From NCBI GenBank assembly GCA_964355175.1, contig CAYHBZ010000001.1, positions 304,523-368,522 of the forward strand: a stretch of DNA of 64,000 bases. Direction: 5' to 3'. The notes beneath the pieces are model-generated. The model had not been told where the DNA came from, did no database searches, and saw nothing but the letters and a program-made list of their open reading frames with translations. Of this stretch, positions 40,901 to 49,700 are shown in pieces. The number at the start of each line of letters is the position of its first letter. Within the stretch, counting starts at the first letter, position 1. This stretch comes from an uncultured Gammaproteobacteria bacterium. GTDB taxonomy: Bacteria; Patescibacteriota; Patescibacteriia; Magasanikbacterales; GWA2-37-8. The translations under genes and the position numbers were made by a program.

Positions 40901-42189
40901 TTGGCAAAATTTTGAACTCTTTCTACCGTATCTCCCAAAGGTGTCGCATTCCAAACCGCACTCTTGATACCACTGCCAGCGGCACTCACCGCTTTACTAC
41001 CCATATCTTTGGTCTTATTAAATGCCCACATACCGGCCGCTACACCAGAGCCAACCGTAGCCACTTTCTTGGCAAAATCCGTGGCCTTGCTCATCGCACT
41101 GCCACCTACTGTACCAAGCGACTGCGCGGTCTTGGCACCAACAAGTAAAATACCAATTGCGATAGCGAAGTTGGCAATTTTATCAAAACTCATCACCGCG
41201 CTAATACCCACGGTCGCGGCCGCGCCGTTAACTTTCGCACCCGGCATATTTTCTTGCGGAGCGGAATTATTCTCTTTGCTACTAATTTCAGAATTTATCT
41301 GACCACTGCCCACTACCGCAAATGACAGCCATAGGAAAAATACTACGACCGGACCCACGATGACATGATTACCAAACTCACTCCACCATTGCGAAGCATA
41401 TTTTTCGGTTTGCGGAATCACGCTGAGCACAAAAGCAAATGGCGACAACACAATCAAAATCCACAGCACCAACATGCGAGCCAAAAGCATAAATACAAAT
41501 ACGGCCATAATGCCCAAAGTGAGAGCGGCAAAACCAAGTGCGCCCACCGCGGCACCAAAAATTTCTGAATTACTGGTGAGACCTTGCGGACCAGTTTCGG
41601 GATTGAGAGAATAAATTTTATCCAAACTAAAAGCGTTGATCAAATTACCACCGGCCGTGGCGGCGATACCGTTTACAAAAGTAATCATTACCACCTGAGA
41701 AATATCAATAATCACGCCACAAATTATTCGACTGAAATTTACCAAAATAGCGGCAAAGAAAAACTTCACCAACATTTTTTTCCATTCGTATTGTTCTAGA
41801 CCCAAGATAGTACCAAAAGCCACCAGCAACAAAACCACCACAAAAAACATATTGGTAATATCACGCACCATCACCCAGCCTACCTGCACAGCGGTGGAAT
41901 TCAGATAGCCATTATAGCCGGCAATCTCAATAATAAACGACAAACAAAAAATCGCCAGACGAATCATCAAAGCCGCAGCGGCCAAGAGCATGGTCGTGAT
42001 TGCTTTGACAAAAGTATTAGGCTCAAAACCACCGGCGGCGGCCGGCTCGGCATACACCACATTTGTACCCATCACCGCATACACACCCAGACCCAAAACC
42101 AGCAAAAATACAAAAAGGGCCACTTGGTTTTTGTGGGCAGATAAAAAGTTATAGAGTTTAATTGTTCTCGCTTTAATACTTGAGAACAT
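37993..42189 (-). CDS. VirB6/TrbL-like polytopic membrane protein with an about 1000-aa hydrophilic C-terminal extension (1398 aa)
   Basis: The N-terminal about 400 aa have 6-7 TM helices with TrbL/VirB6-like spacing (..VRDITNMFFVVVLLLVAFGTILG.., ..MLVLWILIVLSPFAFVLSVIP..). The C-terminal region is charged, with coiled-coil segments. Confidence 0.7.
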   Translation of the reverse strand: MFSSIKARTIKLYNFLSAHKNQVALFVFLLVLGLGVYAVMGTNVVYAEPAAAGGFEPNTFVKAITTMLLAAAALMIRLAIFCLSFIIEIAGYNGYLNSTAVQVGWVMVRDITNMFFVVVLLLVAFGTILGLEQYEWKKMLVKFFFAAILVNFSRIICGVIIDISQVVMITFVNGIAATAGGNLINAFSLDKIYSLNPETGPQGLTSNSEIFGAAVGALGFAALTLGIMAVFVFMLLARMLVLWILIVLSPFAFVLSVIPQTEKYASQWWSEFGNHVIVGPVVVFFLWLSFAVVGSGQINSEISSKENNSAPQENMPGAKVNGAAATVGISAVMSFDKIANFAIAIGILLVGAKTAQSLGTVGGSAMSKATDFAKKVATVGSGVAAGMWAFNKTKDMGSKAVSAAGSGIKSAVWNATPLGDTVERVQNFAKRQLESWKIYRSEGPRLKMEEEKDEHGNVKLDDKGNARMKFVNKKDENGKDIEGEYEYEDKDSRSWFQKNRYEARAKLIGSRKTLKKTEDQSKLQEELIDKRITAIPKGAFLRDMPDGFDRVAQGMLAAEKERSAAKTSEFQEYGRRATLESSRFKDGKFQYEKGSIAEQVVGHNERADRNKERTKELMSGTLEEYRKSGKGKQVVAAKVEAKFKAELSEKAAHLAEGGAKLHFMEHAGALLAKQAAIAAEEGTEHAEIEELEKKAAVAFSDTEDKKDENGKIIKHGGKGLLRKQAGAELGADTAKTQLSNNLTKAKHGFDEEAIKAELEAQEILESANNMHSEGSALKRTQLKAEQEELGKLSSEKNRLQAALGAADPSNPEELEAAKKAFNDFDVKNGSTIKAKEDSIETLQEEISSIDNNDQTLKDARKEAVQKARAKRTSSISWENSAAHAKETEEKNAYSKDHNYLLSEVEQEEVYKPRGITVPNEALSEGREYYRKRFTDMDYSTYTSNFGTNLLAMIQKRKDAKEGKGTGPTSADKNIMAAMLDHGVSKSWLDDGIWRAMAPDLKAEMQKNVADGGLGWQGKEFNVEKINDLFAVLSTGGDLEFAGMHKQVAKVMDYAVQEMGMSVAQFYDKLENQDFTGSELKTFGDKFGADSAPLKTITDKSKMAQYIKTQDDNQSQIQFVTNLRDEMAGGSHTENGGHADNIKSSRGKQRHVLVGAGIAQDGVLGEVNKLDVGNRAGKQSHSYINLDEGTGYATRTRGKAYRISRGDITSHLNHQKTTPRYLNHMAGLASTENVEDYFTEKDGLLINGKKANGSDSGRHNWAQKFSDDGIGLAGRYSEVKSGKRLGHIKNKEDALHQQTTNDWFNELVKDQLFTNPQDVLMTLAKKSQVDAQEAYQTGKMNITVMAKGKQEHITNISQLISLYNEGAFTDDGKAPKRQMAAFKPVEKGTAEKNKKDPTS

Positions 42190-42390
42190 GAAAATAAATT
42201 TACTGTCATTATTATATCATAATTCAGCTAAGCGAACAAACAAAACCCTCATCTCTCCAAACACTTATCCACACATTTATTTTTAATAAAAAAATTGACA
42301 GTGCTAGACCGATTTGTTAAGGTGAATTAAATGCTCTTTACACTGTGTGTTGAGCTTTTCGCTCACACCAACCACCCCCAAGAGGACGCC

Positions 42391-42714
42391 ATGAAGCTGC
42401 TCGTCAGTCTCACTTGCTTGGCGCTCTCCTGCGCCACCGAACCTCCCCCGACGATCTCGACGACGTCGAGTCTCATCACCACCGACCCGTGCCAGGGCAA
42501 ACAGTGGCTGGAAGAACATATCCTGGACTGCGGTCCAGGCAAATTCTACTGCTACCCCAAAGTGACTCAGCCGAAAAATGCCAACTGCCGGCTGATGTGC
42601 CAGACGCACTGGTACCCTATCAGCTGGGTCGAAGGCCAGGAGGGCGACAGCTACATCCGCATTCGCGACGACTTCACCGGAGATATCCTCCTGTGCCTCG
42701 TGCGAGCAAAATGA
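42391..42714 (+). CDS. Small secreted Cys-rich protein (possible lipoprotein) in high-GC island
   Basis: RBS aagagga; signal peptide MKLLVSLTCLALSCA; 7-8 Cys in about 90 mature residues. GC-rich codon usage (ctg/ctc/gcg/acc) is unlike the rest of the window. Confidence 0.45.
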   Translation: MKLLVSLTCLALSCATEPPPTISTTSSLITTDPCQGKQWLEEHILDCGPGKFYCYPKVTQPKNANCRLMCQTHWYPISWVEGQEGDSYIRIRDDFTGDILLCLVRAK

Positions 42715-42902
42715 GGTGACTCAACGGGGTTTCCGCCAAGGGGCTGACGCTAGCCGTCGGCTCCTGGCTCCCCAACTCATTTAGATAACGGCTTTAGGGC
42801 TGTTTTTTTATTTTTGGAGTTATCCACAGAGATATTGTATTTTTATCAAATTGTGGCATACTAAAATAGTATGGGTAATAAATTACCCTCAATCTAGCCA
42901 AA

Positions 42903-42931
42903 TGGTTGACAGAAACAACCGTTTGTGCTAT
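42903..42931 (+). promoter_or_regulatory. Consensus sigma70-type promoter (TTGACA-17-TATAAT) driving the second island ORF
   Basis: ttgaca gaaacaaccgtttgtgc tataat. A downstream about 210-nt leader has the uORF ATGggaagagattgtggtggaatgtttgtttgcTAA (MGRDCGGMFVC) and a 14-bp hairpin gagattgtggtgga/tccaccacaatctc. Confidence 0.5.
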
Positions 42932-43146
42932 AATAAGCAATCGTTCTTTACAAGTGCTAATTTTGCCTATTTGGGCGAAATTGGCCAATATAACGAGAGA
43001 AGGAAATAAAAATGGGAAGAGATTGTGGTGGAATGTTTGTTTGCTAAGGCAAGCACACAGTCCACCACAATCTCGGACGCATGTTGCTCCAAGATAGTGT
43101 GGTCGGTTCTCACGAACCGCTAGCCTCTCTGTCTCAGGAGAACACC

Positions 43147-43554
43147 ATGCGCTACGCGCTCCTGGCCATCACGGCCGTTCTGTTCGTCGCCTGTGCGTCC
43201 GAAGCCGGAAATTCCGGCCCGGGCAACAGCTCCAACCAATGGCAGCCGACTGCCGACGCCGGGTCGCACAACGACTCCAGCGCCAAGCAGGCCGACAGCA
43301 GCTCGCAGCCGCAACCGGACCAGCAGGTCGTCGAAGTGAACGCCTGCGTGGACCTCAGCGTCAACGACGGCATCTACGACTGCCAGGACGGCAATCCGCA
43401 GACGACCATCGTGGCCAATCCGGAAACGTGCGAGTACCAGGCTGAAATGTGGTACTCTACGCCGGACAAGACCCAGGTCCTGGACGGCGCCAAGCGCGTC
43501 ATCGCCAAGGTCGGCAAGTACACGGTTGACTGCGTGCGCAAAGAGACGAAGTAA
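43147..43554 (+). CDS. Small secreted lipoprotein-like Cys-containing protein in high-GC island
   Basis: RBS aggaga; MRYALLAITAVLFVACASEAG (signal plus lipobox-like VAC); Ser/Gln/Asp-rich low-complexity region, then a domain with 4 Cys. GC about 60%. Confidence 0.45.
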   Translation: MRYALLAITAVLFVACASEAGNSGPGNSSNQWQPTADAGSHNDSSAKQADSSSQPQPDQQVVEVNACVDLSVNDGIYDCQDGNPQTTIVANPETCEYQAEMWYSTPDKTQVLDGAKRVIAKVGKYTVDCVRKETK

Positions 43555-43708
43555 TGCAGAACTTCGTCGCCGGCAAACGCCGGTCCTTCCGCGAGCCCCC
43601 AGCTCGCCCTCCTCCTCTCGTGTCCGCTTCTGCATCGGCGCCATTCCCCATGGCGCCGCGGACACTTCCTTAGGATATTATTTTGTTAGTGTTTTGAGGA
43701 AATAAAAA

Positions 43709-43737
43709 AATCTCGGTTTATGACCGAGATTTTTTGT
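43709..43737. terminator. Bidirectional intrinsic terminator
   Basis: aatctcggt-ttatg-accgagatt flanked by A-run and T-run. It closes the island + strand ORFs and the converging minus-strand giant gene. Confidence 0.5.
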
Positions 43738-43755
43738 TATTTTTAAATTATATAA

Positions 43756-46700
43756 CTATGGATTTTCTATTTTATTTACTGGCACAACTACTCTAGACTT
43801 AAATAAAGTATTAGAGTGAGAATTTTCAGATGTATCAGTATATATAGAATAAAAACTACACTCTTGCATTTTACCATCATAGCAACTACTTGTACCATCT
43901 GTACCTGCAGTTTCACTATCCACACAAGTACCATTACACCATCCCCAATTATCCAACACCTGAACTTTTGGTTGATAAACACAGCAACCGCCCAGTTTGG
44001 CATCATCCCATTTTGTCTTTTGAACACCACTGAGGACATCACAATTTTCATGCCAGATAGGAGCGCCTTCTTGGCCAGTACAATTATAATAAACTGTGGC
44101 GGTATATGGATGGAGATCACAGCTTTGATTTAGAATATATCCAAAGGCAGGAGCTTTGGTCTCATCAGCGGTACACTGAGGCAACAACTTGCCGTTACAT
44201 TCACTATCCATAGTACAAGGCACACTAGAACCGTTACATACACCGGCTTTACACATACCGCCTATAAAGTATCCGCGCTGATTCCAAAAACTACCATCAC
44301 TGGTTTTTTTGATATCACTTGGATCACCGGTACCCGGGTCAATAATAATTCTTCGCACCGGCATATGATCTGAGTCGGCATTATAGAAGAATTTGAAACT
44401 TGCTTCGTATGGCTTGGTGTCGATGACCAGATGATCAGTAGCGGATGCGGGCAATTTATTGTTAATGTTGAAACCATCCTGGAATATTTCCTGACATTTG
44501 CCGCTGGTGTCACAATCACCGACCGGATGTACTTGAGGAACTGATTTAGAAGGATCGTGGGCATCGCCATTATAATTTGTAGCTATATTAGTCACATCCA
44601 AATCTTTGGTAGTCAAAACCAATTTATCACTGGTGGTTGGCGATCTATATAATTGAGTTTTGTTATCAGAGAATATACTGATATTGCCAAACGGAATCTT
44701 AGCATAAACCTGCACGAGCAAACTCAGCGACTCTTTGATCTTGTCTACCAAAGGCTTACCACTGGTTGGGGCTTTGGAACTCATATTCTTTGGCAAACAT
44801 ACTTTCACCTGATCTCCAACACAACTATTTTCGTAACAAGCGGCATCAGTAGCACAACCTAAAGTACTGCTAACTACCCCATTGAAACTACAGTTACCTG
44901 CACAGAAGAAACCATTCTTTTCACAATTACTACTGCCATTGGCAGCATTACAGTCCAAAGCCATCTTTGGCGTGGTTGTACTACTGGTACAAGAGTTGGC
45001 TGAAAGATTACAAACCGAAGTATCGCCAAAAGCATTCTTACACTTAGTATTATCACCGGTACCGTCGGAATTTTTACATTTAAATTGACAAGTATTGTTG
45101 TTACCATGATTAGCACAAACGATATTGTAATTACAATTACTGTCTTGAGTACAACTGGAATAACTGGCAAGACTCCAGCGATCATAAGTTAAATTATTTG
45201 AGGTAAAACCTTTGTATCCTACAGGAGAACCTTTAGGACACATAGCTGTACTAAGCGGCTCTTCAAAAATTCCATTCGTGCCAAAACAAGAACGTAATAA
45301 ATACAACGGACTATTAGGGCTTTTGGTTTTAGAGTCATTCATGAAAGCGAACGGTGAGCTGGTAGCTTCACGAGTAAAATTCACTTTATTTTTATAAACG
45401 GCATCTACATTGGAAACATCTATCGTTTTGAAATCGCTTTTGGTATATTTCCACAACCTATCCGCCCAAGGTGCAAATTTTGTATCCAAACTGTCGAACT
45501 GGACATAGGCCTGGCAACCAATCTGAGTGTTTTGGAAACTTGACATAATGTTTGAATACCAAGTACCGTCCGGATAAGCTTTTGGTTCATCCGGCACACA
45601 GTGGGTATAACACCAATCTGGGTCATAATTATCACAGCCCTTAATTCCGCTAGCGGCTTTATAATCACTATGGAAACCTACGCCACAGATAGTGTGTGGA
45701 GATTCTTCAAAACCGTCATCAAGCGCAAGGGCAAACACACAATCAGAATCTGAATTATACACGTTAGCAGATGTATTAAAACATCTATCAAAACCACCCA
45801 AATCCGATCTGTAAATATTCGCGGCCACACAATACTTTGTTCCTTCCGGTAGTGCCGCGGCCGACTGTGGATTACTGCCATTGATATCCACTGATCCCTC
45901 TATTGAACCAAGTGGCAACCAACTCATACATGGATATTGTGGATCGTCCTTTGTACCACCAATTACTCTAGATTTATCATACTCCAAACAAAAACCTTTC
46001 CAACCATACAAATTTTGAATTTTATTATCTTTTATCTGACAGGTACCTCCGGCTTTTTCACATTCTCCTGGTGGCAATTGAGCCGGATTTTTAGCATCAA
46101 AAGCAACACTACATGGCTGATCATCTTTTGAACCACCTAAACATACACCTTTATTATCTTCAGCATACACTGTCTTCAAGGAAGAATCATTTTTCTGAGA
46201 AAAATACTTGACTACGGACTTATTACCAAATGTTACTTTGGCATAATCACAATCACAAACCTGAGCCGCCGGATCTCCGGCATCAAATACAGCACCACCA
46301 TTTTCAAAGCATTTATTTAATTTGGTGGAATCCTTCAAATTATTCGCAAAAATATTTGGAAAAGGAGAGTCTTTTTCCGGATAAGCGCGACAAGCCTTAC
46401 CAATACTAGAAGCGGCCAAATCACTATTTTTGCCATCATTACCTTGCAAACACCATCCATTTGTACAAACACCGTCATTTTGTGCACCACAAGATACAGT
46501 AGTTGTAGCTGATTTACAACCAAATTTATTACTACCACCCGCGCACTTTGTGACATCATTTCCACAAGGAATAAGCCTAAGCAATCTCCAATCAGGATCG
46601 GGATCAGAAGCTTTGGCGATATTAAATTGCCACAATTCCTCTACCGGATAACTTCCCAAAATAGACAGACCTACTAACTCTCTTCCTTTCCAGGACACAT

Positions 46701-49700
46701 CGCGAGTTACATATTTTTCTTCAGTCAAAACCTTATTGGAATACTCACTTTGTCCGGTAATAAATTCGGCGCAATTTGCAGCTTGCCCATTTGGATCACT
46801 GGCACTAGGCAACTTGTCACAGAGGCCAATCGCGGTACACTGGGAAACTTTTTTATTTTGTTTATCATCCCATTTGTCGGTGCTGGCTTTGCATTGGAGC
46901 CATTCCGCGCATTCGCGATCACGCTTCACTGAAATAATACGATTAGCGTCTAGATTACCAGTAGTCATTGGATTGACTTTGGTGACTGCAAATAAATTAC
47001 CACTGATATCGCCCAAAGTACTATCGCTTTTGGCGTAGGTAGCTACAGTATCATATACCTTGGTTGGTTTATCGGTTTGATCAAACAGCGCACACCCGGC
47101 TTTTTGACTAACCTGTCCAGCACAATCACCTTCTGTTAGTTTAGTATTGTCAAACAAATAATAAGTTTGATCTTTATCAGCGTGGTCAATAAATTCAGAA
47201 CAGGTATCTTGTTCAGCCGGACACTCACCTACAAAATTTTTGTATTTGCCGGTATCACCAAATGACCACAGGTTAAAATAATTTCCATTTTTCTTATAAT
47301 CAGGATAGCAGGCTTGTTTGTCTTTCAGGTCGGGCAAACAAATATTTCCGCCAGAACATTCATCATTACTGCTACAGAAAGTTTGTGGATTGGCCACAGC
47401 CAAAGTAGTGCTGTTGCCACAGACACTCACACCTTTCCAAAACCAACCGGATATAGGTTGTTTGGATATCGGATCATTGAAGGTTCGCAGGGAACAAATT
47501 TTATTTCCACTCACAGCCGGATCTTTGAAATAGGCTGTACCTTTGCTGGAATTATAAGCATCACAACCTACCGCTTCCGCTTTACACAAAATACCACTTT
47601 TCGGACCAGCGTCACTAGTATTATCTTCAAACTGATTTGGATCAATTTTTACTGTGGTAGTAACATATTTTATTTTACCGGTCGCAGTCAAAGTCTGTTT
47701 ACCGGCATAGGTACAACCAAGATCTACAGCATTACAACTACTATTACTCTTACCATCGGCCACTAGATATATAGTACTACTGTCGGTACTATCGGCTGGG
47801 ACATAATAGGTCGAATCCAATACTTGCGGATGAGACAAACTACTATTATTTATATTGGCAGCAGTAATCTCGGACAAAGTAAATCCTTTTATATTCATAT
47901 AACAGCCACTCTTGCCCTGCTCTACCTGACAAGAGAACGACTTCCCGCCTACCACAGCAGTGCTCTTGGTACCGCCAATGCCCGACAAGAATACATTATA
48001 GGCGCGCGGACCGGCATCGGATACTTTATTAAAAGTATCTTTAAAAGCGGTACAACCAATAGCACCATCACGACAGAGATAACTAAAGTTGGTAAGGTAA
48101 TACAAAGTATCACCCAAACTATTTTTTGGACCGGTGTAAGCGGTACAGCCCAAAGCGGCGCCCGGTAAATTATCAGCCGGTTCGTCATCGCAAATTGAAT
48201 CCACTCGCAAAGAATTCTTTACCAAGTAGATATAATCGGAGACTTTTGTCAGACGAATATTATCCAAGAATAGACTACCGCTACCATTTAAAGTAAAGAT
48301 AAGACTGTTTAAAGTGGCGGTATCGGAAGATGGTAATTTAATGTTGAATTTGAATACTTGCCAGTTGTTATTGGCGCTAAAAATTGAAATATCAGTTGTC
48401 TTGCCGTTGTTGTCACTCATTTTCACAGACGCATTTAGACCGGTCCCTTTGGCCCAGAAAGTGAGATCATAACTCTGATCAGAAGCCTTGTCCACATCGC
48501 CACCCGAAACCGGTACAGATTTGGAAAGTACTGCGTTGTTGCCGGACAGTTCCAAGGAATGTTCACCGGCGTGATTTGATTCATTAGACCATACTACCGT
48601 GCCACCGTTTACCGACCAGCCTTTGGCCGCGGAAACTGAATCGGCAGTTTCAAAGGTAATGATAGGATTAGTGCTGCTGGCATCCAAACCAATAGTTTGA
48701 ATATTATTACCGTGATTGCCTTTATAGGCGCGACAAGAAACCATCTCAGCCGCGCAAGTCTGGCTGGATTGGTTGTGACTTATTATACCTCCTGGCAAAC
48801 CATAATAATAACAAGCACCATCTTTGGCTTCGCCGTTGCCAAAACATTTGTCTGGACCAGCCATTTCGTCACTATTTAGACGATACTGTGCACAGTCGGC
48901 GGATACTACCACAGTAGTGTGCATCAGAGCATAGTAAACATTGCCTTGATCATCATTAAATTGTCGACAATCCGGATCAGCAGTTCCGCTCTTATATAAT
49001 TTTTCATTACATTGATATTGCTTGGCATAGTTGCGCTCAACATCATCCTTAAATACTGTCAAAGGATTACCGTCAGTATATTTTTGCAAAGTATATGATT
49101 GTAATTGATAGCCACCAACTTTTGAACCTTCGTAAGTATAGAAATTTTTCTGTTTATTTTCATCCGGCTTGATACAACTGCGCAACAGGGTAAAATTTTC
49201 TACTTTTTCACCACCGTCTTGCGAGGATTCCATATTAGTGAAACCGGTACAATTATCGTCCGCCACAGTACATTCTTTGCCGGATTCAAAATTATTATAT
49301 TTGGAAGGAGGCACTATATAAGCGAGCGGATTGCCGCCGGAATAAGTGGTAGGCATTTCTTGATAGGCATTATACCCTACACAGCGGGCATCACACTGGT
49401 CGTTCCAGGCCGTGACAGTGTTATTGTCTACCTGGGCCGCCAAAAATTTACCGGGAATACCAGGAGCATCAGTGTCATTTACATTTTTGAATATCGAACA
49501 GCCGACTTCGCTAGCAATACAAACCTTGGCATAGCTGTCGCACTCTGTTTTTGGAGTCATCTTGATAAGATCGGACAAACTCTGTGGCCAATTTATACCA
49601 TTGGCACTGTTGGCATCTTTATCATAACAATTCAAATAATCCGGAGCTTTTTTGAGATATACCAAATCAGTATTAACATTACTCACACTTGGAGCATTTC

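Noticed and set aside
43120-43665. 181-aa minus-strand ORF, plus the 42304-42609 and 43152-43373 minus ORFs and the 42414-42719 and 43239-43445 + ORFs, in the high-GC island
   Set aside because: High GC suppresses stop codons in all frames. These products are Arg/Gly/Ala-rich with no signal or RBS. The + strand frames carrying signal peptides and RBS were preferred.
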